Both the position numbers and the translations under genes were made by a program. Below, piece by piece: positions 36,957 to 46,602 of a stretch of DNA of 64,000 bases. Numbering within the stretch: the first letter of the stretch is position 1; each line of letters opens with the position of its first letter. The notes beneath the pieces are model-generated. The model was not told the DNA's origin and made no database searches. It was given only the letters and a program-made list of their open reading frames with translations. This stretch comes from Acidimicrobiia bacterium (GTDB taxonomy: Bacteria; Actinomycetota; Acidimicrobiia; Spongiisociales; UBA5794): NCBI GenBank assembly GCA_003235475.1, contig QJWC01000081.1, forward strand, positions 9,343 through 73,342, written 5' to 3'.

Positions 36957-38216
36957 ATGTCCGATGCTCGACCCGGATCGCAACTCTGGCCCGCCGCACG
37001 GATCGCGTTTGCAACCGCGCTCCTGGTGTTCGTGGTGACGATTGTGATCGGAATTCTCAACGGCCTCGACGTGTACACGCCGGACCACGACACCCTCATG
37101 ACCCATGTCCACGCGGGCACGCTGGGCTGGATCACGTTGTCGGTGATGGGGACGGCGATGCTGATCTTCGGCGACCGAGCGCCCCTCGGGGCAGCCGACG
37201 TCGCGAAGGTGAAGCGGATGGTCACGCTCTTTGCCGTGGCAATCGTCCTGTACGTCTCTGCGTTCTTCGCTGGCAACCGGATCTGGGATGACCGCATCCA
37301 GCGGCCGGTGTTCGGCACGCTGCTGTTCATCGCCGTGATCTGGGTCGCGGTGTGGCTGTTCAGCGTGAACTCGCGGACCGAAGGCACGAGCGTGGCAAGA
37401 CTTGGCGTGTTGCTCGCGTGGGTGTCGGTCATCGAGGGTGCGGTACTGGGAATCCTCCTTGGTATCTACAAGGCGAAAGGGGAAATACCAGGTTTCGGTG
37501 ACGAGGCTGCGAAGCGCATCGCGGAGGGCCATCCACCGGCGATGGTGATCGGGTTCCTCATACTTGCCGCGATGGCGCTCATCGAGTGGTTGCTGCGCCG
37601 CCACACGTCGTGGGCCGATGACCGCCTTGGGGTGAGCCAGATGTGGATCCTGTTCGCCGCTGGGACCGTCGCGAACATCGCATTCGTGTCCGGACTCGAG
37701 GAGGAGCTCCTCGGGCCTGCAAACCTGCTGATGATCGTCGGCGTCGTGATCATGGTCGTGCGGTACCGCACGGAACTCTCCCCAGCCGGCTGGCGCGGCT
37801 CCGGGAACGGGATGTTCGCGCGTATGTCCAGTCTCTTCCTCGTGGTCTATCTCGTGCTCGGGACGATCCTCATCGCCCAGGTGATCAGCGGATCGATGGA
37901 CTTCGACGCGTTGACGGACGAACAACTCGGGTTTCTCCTCGCGTTCGATCACTCCATGTTCATCGGAGTGATGACGAACGCCCTGTTCGGAGTACTCGCG
38001 GTGGCTCGCCGGGGCGATGGAGAGCTGTCGATGGTCGACAAGATCGTCCTCTACGGAGTCAACGTGGGGATCATCGGGTTCATGACCGGGCTCATCACCG
38101 TGTCAGCGCCATTGAAGAGGACCTTCACCCCGATCATGGGCACCGCGCTGCTCATCGGGATCGCATTCACCGTCTGGGAGATCTTGAACGAACGTAACGA
38201 GTCGATGAACGCCTAG
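36957..38216 (+). CDS. 12-TM membrane protein with His in TM2, TM6 and TM10 (heme-copper oxidase subunit I/NnrS-like fold?)
   Basis: GGGAGG RBS; HVHAGTLGW, GHPPAMVIG, DHSMFIG; 12 hydrophobic segments counted by eye. Confidence 0.6.
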   Translation: MSDARPGSQLWPAARIAFATALLVFVVTIVIGILNGLDVYTPDHDTLMTHVHAGTLGWITLSVMGTAMLIFGDRAPLGAADVAKVKRMVTLFAVAIVLYVSAFFAGNRIWDDRIQRPVFGTLLFIAVIWVAVWLFSVNSRTEGTSVARLGVLLAWVSVIEGAVLGILLGIYKAKGEIPGFGDEAAKRIAEGHPPAMVIGFLILAAMALIEWLLRRHTSWADDRLGVSQMWILFAAGTVANIAFVSGLEEELLGPANLLMIVGVVIMVVRYRTELSPAGWRGSGNGMFARMSSLFLVVYLVLGTILIAQVISGSMDFDALTDEQLGFLLAFDHSMFIGVMTNALFGVLAVARRGDGELSMVDKIVLYGVNVGIIGFMTGLITVSAPLKRTFTPIMGTALLIGIAFTVWEILNERNESMNA

Positions 38217-39568
38217 CTGTGAGGTCGTCCGGGTCCTCGGGATCGCTTTCCGAGGATCCGGTCGATCTTGTCGAGGCGATCTGTCAGGTCCTTTTCATCG
38301 CCCATCGACGACGGCGTGAAGAGGATCACATCCTTCGCAGCATCCGGCAGGTACTGCTGCGCCACGACGCCAAGGGCGCTGTCGTGGGGGTATTCGTAGC
38401 CAACACCGAATCCGAACTGCTGGTCGCCCTCCGTTGCACCGCTGCGGAGATGCGGCGGGACCTCTCCGTGTGGCCGATCGTCGATGGCTGCGTTCGACGC
38501 TCCGATGGCGCGCTTCACAGCGTTCGACTTCGGTGCGAGGGACAACGCGACCGCGGCATGCGTGAGTGCGAAGCTCGCCTCCGGGAGACCGACGACCTCG
38601 AGGGCACGGAAGGCGTCAACGGCGACTCCGAGGGCGGACGAGTCTGCCAGCCCGATGTCCTCCGATGCGAAGATGATCATTCGCCTCGCGATGAACTTCG
38701 GATCCTCCCCCGCGCGGATCATCGTGTGCAGCCAGTAGAGGGCCGCGTCGACATCCGAGCCCCGCATGGACTTGATGAACGCCGAGACGACGTCGTAGTG
38801 GCGATCGCCGCCGCGGTCATACCGAATGATCCGTCGTTGCAGCGCCTCGGAAACAGTCGCGAGATCGATCGTGTCCGCTCCTCGACCTTCCGCGATCGTC
38901 GCTGCGGTCTCGAGTGAGTTGAGGGCGAGCCTCGCATCGCCACCAACCCTCCCGGCGAGGCCCTCCGCTGCGTCGTCGTCGATTGACATGCCCGAGATCC
39001 CGCGCATGGGGTCCGACAGCGCCACCGCAATGACTTCCCGCACCTCATCGTCTGTGAGGGCTTCTGTGCGGAAGACGGTCGCCCTCGAGATCAGCGGTGA
39101 GTTGACCTCGAAGAACGGGTTCTCCGTGGTCGCTCCGACGAGGATGACCTGGCCGGATTCGACCCCCGGCAGGAGCGCGTCCTGTTGCGCCTTGTTGAAT
39201 CGGTGGATCTCATCGAGAAGGAGGATCGTGCGACCCCTCCCCTCGCCGAGCCGCTGGTCAGCCCGCGCCAGGACCTCCCTGACGTCCTTCACGCCTGCCG
39301 AGGTCGCCGAAAGCCGCTCGAGGTGTCCCTCGACTTCCTTCGCGATGAGGTTGGCGAGCGTGGTCTTTCCCGTACCGGGCGGCCCCCACAGGATCATGCT
39401 GGAGAGTCGGCCGCTCTCGACGATGGACCTGAATGCGGCGCCGGGCGAGAGGAGGTGTCGCTGTCCGATCACCTCGTCGAGAGTTCTCGGCCTCATCCGG
39501 GCTGGCAATGGGGCTTCGGCGCGAATGATCTCGTCGCGCCTCGCCGCGAAGAGATCGCCGTCGCTCAT
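38213..39568 (-). CDS. rarA: Replication-associated recombination protein A
   Basis: PLPARMRP, WGPPGTGKT, DEIHRF, ATTENP, SAFIKSMRGSD, ASEDIG, YPHD. Confidence 0.96.
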   Translation of the reverse strand: MSDGDLFAARRDEIIRAEAPLPARMRPRTLDEVIGQRHLLSPGAAFRSIVESGRLSSMILWGPPGTGKTTLANLIAKEVEGHLERLSATSAGVKDVREVLARADQRLGEGRGRTILLLDEIHRFNKAQQDALLPGVESGQVILVGATTENPFFEVNSPLISRATVFRTEALTDDEVREVIAVALSDPMRGISGMSIDDDAAEGLAGRVGGDARLALNSLETAATIAEGRGADTIDLATVSEALQRRIIRYDRGGDRHYDVVSAFIKSMRGSDVDAALYWLHTMIRAGEDPKFIARRMIIFASEDIGLADSSALGVAVDAFRALEVVGLPEASFALTHAAVALSLAPKSNAVKRAIGASNAAIDDRPHGEVPPHLRSGATEGDQQFGFGVGYEYPHDSALGVVAQQYLPDAAKDVILFTPSSMGDEKDLTDRLDKIDRILGKRSRGPGRPHS

Positions 39569-41349
39569 TCCGGTGTGTCACCAGCTTCTGCGGCCGCCCA
39601 CGACTCGAGGACGGCAGGGGCGATCTCGATACCGAGCTCCTCGAGTTGGGATTCGTCGACACGGCCCGGAGATCCTGTGAGCGGGTCTGCCCCGGTCTGC
39701 GTCTTCGGGAACGGGATGATCTCCCTGATGTTGGGCTCGCCCTGGAGAATTGCGACGAGGCGGTCGATGCCGAACGCAAAGCCAGCGTGCGGAGGCGTTC
39801 CATAGCGGAGGGCCTCGAGGAACCACCCGAACCTCGACTCAGCGTCCTCATCTGATATCCCCATCACCTCGAACACCTTGGCCTGCATGGCGGGATCGTG
39901 GATCCTCACGGACCCCGATCCGAGTTCGGAGCCGTTCAGGACGAGATCGTACGCCTTGGAAACAGCGCTCTCCGGCGTGTTGACGAGGTCCTCGAGGCTG
40001 GCTGGTGCGGTGAACGGGTGGTGTGCCGGGGACAGCGAGCCGTCGTCTCCCACATCGAACACCGGGAAATCCACGATGAAGGCGAACGAGAGTTCGTCGT
40101 GGCCTGTTGGTTGGCCGAGGTCGAGGCGAAGCTGGCCGAGTACCGCCCTTGCGACCTTCGTCGCGTCGGCGACGATGAGGAGGGTGTCTCCATACGTGGC
40201 GTCGAGTCGCGTGACGATCGCGCCGCGTTCTTCATCTGAGAGGAACTTGCTGACCGGCGAACGGAGCGATCCGTCCTCCTCGACGACCATCCATACGAGG
40301 CCCTTCGCTCCGAGCTCTTGCGCTCGCGTCGTCAGGGCGTCGAGGCCGCTACGCGCCAATCCCAACGCGCCTGCGTTGATCCCGCGCACCGTGCCGCCGT
40401 CGCCGAGCACTCCCGTGAAGGCCTTGAACTCCGTGTCTGCGAATGCATCCGACAGGTCGACGATCTCCATGCCGAAACGCAGGTCTGGCTTGTCGCTTCC
40501 GTATCGGTCCATCGCCTCGGTCCACGTCAATCGGGGAAGAGGGAGTTCGATGTCTTCCCCCCTGAGGTCACGCACGACCTCGGCTGCGATCTTCTCGAGA
40601 ACGGTCAATACGTCTTCCTGGCCCCAGAACGACCCCTCGAGGTCGAGCTGCGTGAACTCGACCTGACGGTCCGCCCTGAAGTCCTCGTCCCGGTAGCACT
40701 TGGCGACTTGGTAGTACCGCTCGACACCACCGATCATGAGGAGCTGCTTGAAGAGCTGCGGTGACTGTGGAAGGGCGTAGAACTGGCCCTTGCGAAGGCG
40801 GGACGGCACCAGCATGTCCCGAGCACCCTCTGGCGTCGACGCGATCAGTGTCGGCGTTTCGACCTCGAGGAATGCCTCGCGGTCGAGCACATTCCTCATC
40901 GCCCTGATCGCCTTGGAGCGCGCGACAAGATTCGCCGCCATCCTGCCGCGGCGCATGTCGAGATACCGGTACTTGAGCCTCAGGCTCTCGTCGACGTCCG
41001 AACGGTCGTCGAGTTGGAACGGCAACGCAGCTGCAGGGCTCAACACGGTGAGGTTCGATGCGACGACCTCGACCTCGCCCGTCGGGAGGTCCCGGTTGAC
41101 CGTCCCCTCGGGCCTCGGCGTGACCTCGCCCTCGACCTGGATGCAGTACTCGGACCTGAGGCCGTGCAGCACGTCATCACTCGCGGGTTCGTTATCGGGA
41201 TTCAGGACGACCTGGACGATGCCAGATCCGTCACGGAGATCGACGAACGCAACGCCGCCGTGGTCCCTTCGCCGCCCAACCCAGCCAGCGAGCGTGACGG
41301 TTTGACCGATGTGCTCGGCTCGCAGCTCGCCTGCGTGTATCGACTTCAT
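39565..41349 (-). CDS. aspS: Aspartate--tRNA ligase (probably non-discriminating Asp/Asn)
   Basis: RRDHGG..FVDLRD, STPEGARD, LPQSPQLFKQ, EFTQLD, IPFPKT; ATG overlaps hisS stop. Confidence 0.97.
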   Translation of the reverse strand: MKSIHAGELRAEHIGQTVTLAGWVGRRRDHGGVAFVDLRDGSGIVQVVLNPDNEPASDDVLHGLRSEYCIQVEGEVTPRPEGTVNRDLPTGEVEVVASNLTVLSPAAALPFQLDDRSDVDESLRLKYRYLDMRRGRMAANLVARSKAIRAMRNVLDREAFLEVETPTLIASTPEGARDMLVPSRLRKGQFYALPQSPQLFKQLLMIGGVERYYQVAKCYRDEDFRADRQVEFTQLDLEGSFWGQEDVLTVLEKIAAEVVRDLRGEDIELPLPRLTWTEAMDRYGSDKPDLRFGMEIVDLSDAFADTEFKAFTGVLGDGGTVRGINAGALGLARSGLDALTTRAQELGAKGLVWMVVEEDGSLRSPVSKFLSDEERGAIVTRLDATYGDTLLIVADATKVARAVLGQLRLDLGQPTGHDELSFAFIVDFPVFDVGDDGSLSPAHHPFTAPASLEDLVNTPESAVSKAYDLVLNGSELGSGSVRIHDPAMQAKVFEVMGISDEDAESRFGWFLEALRYGTPPHAGFAFGIDRLVAILQGEPNIREIIPFPKTQTGADPLTGSPGRVDESQLEELGIEIAPAVLESWAAAEAGDTPE

Positions 41350-42578
41350 TGGCTGGTGATCCATTCGGAGAGGTTTTCGAGGGCGACGGAGCGTTGTTCG
41401 CCGTCGGCAAGGCTACGAACGGTCGCCATGCCATCGTCAAACTCGTCGCCGATGACCACGACAAAACGCGCCCCAAGCCGGTCCGCGTCCTTGAACTGGG
41501 CCTTGACCGAGCGATGTTGGTCCGCCGTCTCGACCTTGAGTCCCGATGATCTCAACCTGGATACGAGCGCACGGGCATCGGTTCTCCTGGACTCGTCGAT
41601 CGACGCCACATAGGCGTCGAGCTGGGACGTCCTTCCTCGCTGCGCGCTCGCAAGCTCGATCCGGTCGAGGCCCATCGCGAGGCCAACGCCGGGAGTTGGC
41701 TTGCCGCCCAACACCTCGAACAGCCCGTCGTACCGACCTCCGCCGCCAGCGGCGCTCTGGGCTGCGTCATACCCGAGCGGCACGTATTCGAACACGGTTC
41801 GGTTGTAGTAATCGAGTCCCCGGACGAGCCTCGGATCGAGGACCGAAGGGATGCCGATTGCGTCGAGGCCGGCCCGAACGGCGTCGAAGTGGGTCTGCGC
41901 CTCGACCCCGAGATGATCGACAGGGGTCGGCGCGTCCGCCACGACCTCGGCATCCGCCTTCGAGTCGAGCACTCGCATTGGGTTCGCATCGATTCGTCGC
42001 ACGGAATCCTCGGATAGTGCATCGCGGCGCTCGTTGAGGAACGCGCGGATCACCTCCCGATAGGCGGCGCGGTCCGCTGGGTCCCCGATGCTGTTGAGAC
42101 GGAGTTCGACGTTCTCGACCCCGAGTCGTTCGAGGAATCGATAGCCGAGCTCGATGACCTCCACGTCGGCTTCAGGTGACGCCGACCCGAGATACTCGAC
42201 GCCTGCCTGATAGAACTGGCGGTACCGGCCCTTCTGCGGGCGTTCGTATCGGAACATCGGGCCCCAGTAAGCGCACTTGAAGCGACTCCCCACTCCCCCG
42301 GCCTGGATCTGCGCCCTCACCACCGAGGCGGTCTGCTCGGGTCGCAGCGTCAGCGAACGGCCGGCCTTGTCGTCGAACGTGTACATCTGCTTCTCGACGA
42401 CTTCGGTGTCGCCACCCACGCCCCGTGCAAACACCTCGGTGTCCTCGAATATCGGGGTGAGAACGAGCCCGTATCCGAACTGCTCGCACAGTGCGTCCCA
42501 TACGCGATGGGCCTCACGCCACCAGTCGGATTCGGGTGGGAGTATGTCGTTCGTGCCCTTTGGCGCACGGAAGGTCAC
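41346..42578 (-). CDS. hisS: Histidine--tRNA ligase
   Basis: KGTND, LRPE.TA, FRYERPQKGRYRQF, VRGLDYY, GGGRYD. Confidence 0.97.
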   Translation of the reverse strand: MTFRAPKGTNDILPPESDWWREAHRVWDALCEQFGYGLVLTPIFEDTEVFARGVGGDTEVVEKQMYTFDDKAGRSLTLRPEQTASVVRAQIQAGGVGSRFKCAYWGPMFRYERPQKGRYRQFYQAGVEYLGSASPEADVEVIELGYRFLERLGVENVELRLNSIGDPADRAAYREVIRAFLNERRDALSEDSVRRIDANPMRVLDSKADAEVVADAPTPVDHLGVEAQTHFDAVRAGLDAIGIPSVLDPRLVRGLDYYNRTVFEYVPLGYDAAQSAAGGGGRYDGLFEVLGGKPTPGVGLAMGLDRIELASAQRGRTSQLDAYVASIDESRRTDARALVSRLRSSGLKVETADQHRSVKAQFKDADRLGARFVVVIGDEFDDGMATVRSLADGEQRSVALENLSEWITSQ

Positions 42579-43225
42579 AGGAGCTCCTGCAGGAAGGGGT
42601 TGTGGCGTCGCTCGGCGGCCAGCGTAGTGGCTGGGCCGTGGCCAGGAAGAACACGCGTTCCGGGATCGAGGGGCATGATCTCTCTCGCCATGGAGTCCAT
42701 CAGGGTGGCATACGAGCCCCCTGGAAGGTCCGTCCTGCCGATGGAACCTTGGAAGAGCTGATCGCCCGAGAAGAGAACTCCCTCGGCTGGCACTGAGAAA
42801 CAGCAGTGGCCCCGCGTATGGCCCGGTGTGAAGAGGACATCGAACTCAACACCCGCGAGGGAGAGCCGGTCGCCCGCCGCCAGATCGGAGAACTGTGACC
42901 TGACGACAGCGTCTCCGATTTCGAATGCTTGGCCCCCAAGTAGCGCCTCGAGCTGGGCGCCGGGATGCCTTGCCATGTCGACGTCGTCGGGATGGAGGTA
43001 TGCCGTCACGGTGGGCCCCGCGATGCCATCGACGCCGCCCGCATGGTCGATGTGGCCATGCGTGACGAGCACTGCGATGGGCGTGAGATCGTGGCGCGCC
43101 AGCAGGCTCGCGACGCCGGACGGATCGGGTGGCGCGTCGACCACCACGGCCGCCGCTCCAGGCCCATCAGCCACCACGTAGGTGTTCGTGCCGAAGAACC
43201 ACAGCGTTGATGAATCGATCAGCAT
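42575..43225 (-). CDS. MBL-fold metallo-hydrolase
   Basis: THGHIDH, TPGHT, SGDQLF..SIGRTDLPG, PGHG. Confidence 0.93.
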   Translation of the reverse strand: MLIDSSTLWFFGTNTYVVADGPGAAAVVVDAPPDPSGVASLLARHDLTPIAVLVTHGHIDHAGGVDGIAGPTVTAYLHPDDVDMARHPGAQLEALLGGQAFEIGDAVVRSQFSDLAAGDRLSLAGVEFDVLFTPGHTRGHCCFSVPAEGVLFSGDQLFQGSIGRTDLPGGSYATLMDSMAREIMPLDPGTRVLPGHGPATTLAAERRHNPFLQELL

Positions 43226-43276
43226 GTCCGGACCGGCCCTTTCCGACGTCCGTCCGACACGATATGGGGCGCGGTG

Positions 43277-45517
43277 TCAGAGCACCAGCCGGTACGAGTC
43301 GTACACGCCGTCCACCTGGCGGATGCCCTGGAGCAGCCCCTCGAGCGCCTCCCGATCGGACAGCTCGATCTCGTATCGCAGAAGGGCAATACGGTCGCGG
43401 CCCGTCACCGAAGACGACGCGTGGATGTTCGCGCCGTAGTCCGAGAGAACGGACGTGACGTCCCTCAGAAGCTTGGAACGGTCGAGTGCCTCGACCTGGA
43501 TCCACACGAAGAACGTTCCCGTTTGCTGGGCCGCCCAAGCCACGTCGACCATGCGTTCGGTCTGCTCCATGAGGGCGCCGATGTTCGCACAGTCGGATCG
43601 GTGAACGCTCACACCCCTGCCAATCGTCACGAAGCCGAGGATGTCGTCACCGGGCACCGGCCCACAGCACTTCGCCATGCGCACAAGCATGTCCTCGAGA
43701 CCCTCGACAATGACGTCGCCGGTGACCCTTGAGCGGCGTTTGTGCGGCGTCGGGAGACGCTCGGCCCTGAGGGCTTCCGCGGTGTCCTCCGGCCTCAAGC
43801 GACGCCCGACCCGCTGTGCCACGGTCCTCGGGCTCGTGCGATTCTCCCCGACTGAGACGAAGAGGTGCTCCGGCGAATCGAACCCGAAGTCCTCTGCGAC
43901 TGCGCGGAGTTCCTTCTCGACCGTGTTGATCGGAAGTCCGTCCCGCCGCATCGCTGCAAAGACGGCATCCCTGCCCTCTGAGAGCGCGTTCTCCCTTCGC
44001 TCCCTCGTGAACCAGGCTTTGATCTTCGAATTCGCCCTCGAGGACTTCACGAAGTCGAGCCAGTCACGCGACGGGCGCGCATCCTGGGACTTCGATGTGA
44101 GGATCTCGACGATGTCACCCGACTCGAGGGGCGTCGACAGTGGAACGAGGCGACCATTCACCTTCGCTCCGGTGCACCGGTGGCCGACGTCGGTGTGGAT
44201 GCGGTACGCAAAGTCCACAGGGGTGGCTCCGACCGGCAGCGTCTTCACATCGCCGTTCGGTGTGAGTGCGAACACCTCGTCCTGGTAGAGATCGAGCTTC
44301 AGGTGCTCGAGGAACTCTGACGGATCCTCAGATTCCTCGTGCGCCTCAGTGAAGTCTGCGACGATCTGCACCTCGTCAGATGCGGCACCCCCCTCCTTGT
44401 AACGCCAGTGGGCCGCGATACCGGTCTCAGCTCGCTCGTGCATTTCCTGCGTCCGGATCTGCACCTCGAGGGCCTTGCCCTCGGGCCCCACCACGGTCGT
44501 GTGCAGCGACTGGTAGAAGTTGAACTTCGGCATCGCGATGTAGTCCTTGAACCTGCCCTGGATCGGGGGCCACATCGAGTGCACGAGTCCCAGCACGGCG
44601 TAGCAGTCCCTGACCTCCGCGACGATCACGCGGATGCCGATGAGGTCGTGGATGTCCTCGAACGCGAGGCCCGAGGTCACCATCTTTCGATAGATGGAGT
44701 AGAGGTGCTTGGGACGGCCCGTGATCGACGCCTGCAAGCCGGCATCCGCCAGCTCCTTCGACAGGTCATCGATCACGCGCTCGATCTCCAACTCTCGCTC
44801 GGGCGAACGGCGCATGACCGCCTCGGAGATCTCGGCGTTGGGGCCCGGGTGGAGGATCGCGAAGCAGGTCTCCTCCATCTCGTGTTTGATCTCCTGCATA
44901 CCGAGCCGGTGTGCGAGAGGTGCGTAGACATCGAGCGTCTCGGAAGCCACCCGCCGTTGCTTTTCCTCAGGCAATGGCTGGATCGTGCGAATGTTGTGTG
45001 TCCGATCAGCGAGCTTGATGACGAGCACCCGGATGTCGCGGGCCATTGCAACGGCCATCTTTCGAATGGTGGCTGCCTGCGCGAGCTCACGCGACGAGAA
45101 CTTGATGCGATCGAGCTTCGTCACGCCGTCGATGAGGAGTGCGACCTCGGATCCGAATCGTTTCTCTGCTTCCTCGATGGTGAGTTCCGTGTCCTCGACC
45201 GTGTCGTGAAGGAGCGCAGCCGCAATCGTCGAGTCATCGAGGCCGTAGTTCGCAAGGATCTCGGCGACCGCGAGCGGGTGGACGATGTATGGATCCCCGG
45301 TGGCCCGCTTCTGCCCCTGGTGAAGGGAAGAAGCGACGGCATACGCATCCCTGACCATGTCCAGGTCGCTTGACGGGTGCGCCGATTCGAGGGCGTGGAG
45401 CACGTCGTCGAACATCTCGTCGGGGGTTCGACCGTGCACATCCGGGTCGGTGGTCGACGACGCGGCGTCGCCGACCGCAACCGCTGCTGTGTCCATGGAC
45501 CCCGGAACCTGCTTCAT
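43277..45517 (-). CDS. relA: Bifunctional (p)ppGpp synthetase/hydrolase Rel
   Basis: PYIVHP, LHDTVED, APLAHRLG, RFKDYIA.PK..YQSLHT, TGS and ACT domains; TATGAT 6 nt before ATG at 45517. Confidence 0.97.
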   Translation of the reverse strand: MKQVPGSMDTAAVAVGDAASSTTDPDVHGRTPDEMFDDVLHALESAHPSSDLDMVRDAYAVASSLHQGQKRATGDPYIVHPLAVAEILANYGLDDSTIAAALLHDTVEDTELTIEEAEKRFGSEVALLIDGVTKLDRIKFSSRELAQAATIRKMAVAMARDIRVLVIKLADRTHNIRTIQPLPEEKQRRVASETLDVYAPLAHRLGMQEIKHEMEETCFAILHPGPNAEISEAVMRRSPERELEIERVIDDLSKELADAGLQASITGRPKHLYSIYRKMVTSGLAFEDIHDLIGIRVIVAEVRDCYAVLGLVHSMWPPIQGRFKDYIAMPKFNFYQSLHTTVVGPEGKALEVQIRTQEMHERAETGIAAHWRYKEGGAASDEVQIVADFTEAHEESEDPSEFLEHLKLDLYQDEVFALTPNGDVKTLPVGATPVDFAYRIHTDVGHRCTGAKVNGRLVPLSTPLESGDIVEILTSKSQDARPSRDWLDFVKSSRANSKIKAWFTRERRENALSEGRDAVFAAMRRDGLPINTVEKELRAVAEDFGFDSPEHLFVSVGENRTSPRTVAQRVGRRLRPEDTAEALRAERLPTPHKRRSRVTGDVIVEGLEDMLVRMAKCCGPVPGDDILGFVTIGRGVSVHRSDCANIGALMEQTERMVDVAWAAQQTGTFFVWIQVEALDRSKLLRDVTSVLSDYGANIHASSSVTGRDRIALLRYEIELSDREALEGLLQGIRQVDGVYDSYRLVL

Positions 45518-45546
45518 CCGCCGATCATACCGGCGGAAACCCTTTG

Positions 45547-46602
45547 CTAACGGCGCTTGCGGCGCTGCTTCGGCGGGCGGGCGACCGCCTGCTTCGGAGC
45601 TGCCACCTCGATCTTCATCGAGACGGGCTCTGGTTCGACAGGCGCGGTATCGAGGCCTGCCTCGAGGCGAAGCGCTCGCAGCCTGCGTCGCTCCCACTCC
45701 GGTTCGCGTTCCTTCCAGATCGCGAGCAGCGGCGATGCGACGAAGAGCGACGAATACGTACCCACGGCGATACCGATGAAGAGCGCCAGGGCGAACTCAC
45801 GCAGCGTCTCTGCGCCGAGGGCGAGAAAGCCGACAACCAGGAGCGATCCGACGGGAAGCAGCGACGTCAACGATGTGTTGATCGACCGCATCAACACCTG
45901 GTTCATGGAGGAGTTGATGATCTGCGAGTACGTCGCCTTGGTGCTCCCCTCGGCCACGTTCTCCCTGACCTTGTCGAAGACCACCACGGTGTCGTACAAC
46001 GAGTATCCGAGGATCGTGAGCGCAGCGATGATCGTTGCGGGCGTCACCACGAACCCCACGACGGCATAGATGCCGCCCGCGATCACGAGGTCGTGGAACA
46101 AAGCGGTCAGGGCACCGGCCGCCATCTTCCACTCGAAACGCCAGGCGATGAAGAGCGAGACGACGATGAGGAACACGACCAGGGCCTCGATCGCCTTTCG
46201 GGTCACCTCGGCGCCGAAGGTCGGCCCGACCGCCGACACGTTCGCGTCGTTGACCTGGGCGCCAGCTGCGTCGCTGACGGCCTTCACCAAAGCGTCCTGA
46301 CCATCCGGATCGAGCGCTTCCGTCTGCACGAGTACGAACCCATCGCCTGAGATCTGGACACGCGCACTTTCGAAGCCCACGTCGCGGAGTTCTGCTCGCA
46401 CTTCTTCGACCGCCACGTTCCTGTTGTTCTCGACCGAGACGATCACACCACCCGTGAAGTCGATCGACTTGTTGAGGGGGCGCACGGCAAGCGTCACGAT
46501 GGACGCGAGGGCGAGTATCGCTGAGACGATGAGGGTCTTGCGCGAGATGGAGACGAAGTCGATCGCGGTTTCACCGCGGTACACGCGGGACAGTGCGCTC
46601 AT
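45547..46602 (-). CDS. secF: Protein translocase subunit SecF
   Basis: IDFTGG, VGPTFG, LTILGYSLYDTVVVFDK, RSINT, GTYSS. Confidence 0.96.
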   Translation of the reverse strand: MSALSRVYRGETAIDFVSISRKTLIVSAILALASIVTLAVRPLNKSIDFTGGVIVSVENNRNVAVEEVRAELRDVGFESARVQISGDGFVLVQTEALDPDGQDALVKAVSDAAGAQVNDANVSAVGPTFGAEVTRKAIEALVVFLIVVSLFIAWRFEWKMAAGALTALFHDLVIAGGIYAVVGFVVTPATIIAALTILGYSLYDTVVVFDKVRENVAEGSTKATYSQIINSSMNQVLMRSINTSLTSLLPVGSLLVVGFLALGAETLREFALALFIGIAVGTYSSLFVASPLLAIWKEREPEWERRRLRALRLEAGLDTAPVEPEPVSMKIEVAAPKQAVARPPKQRRKRR

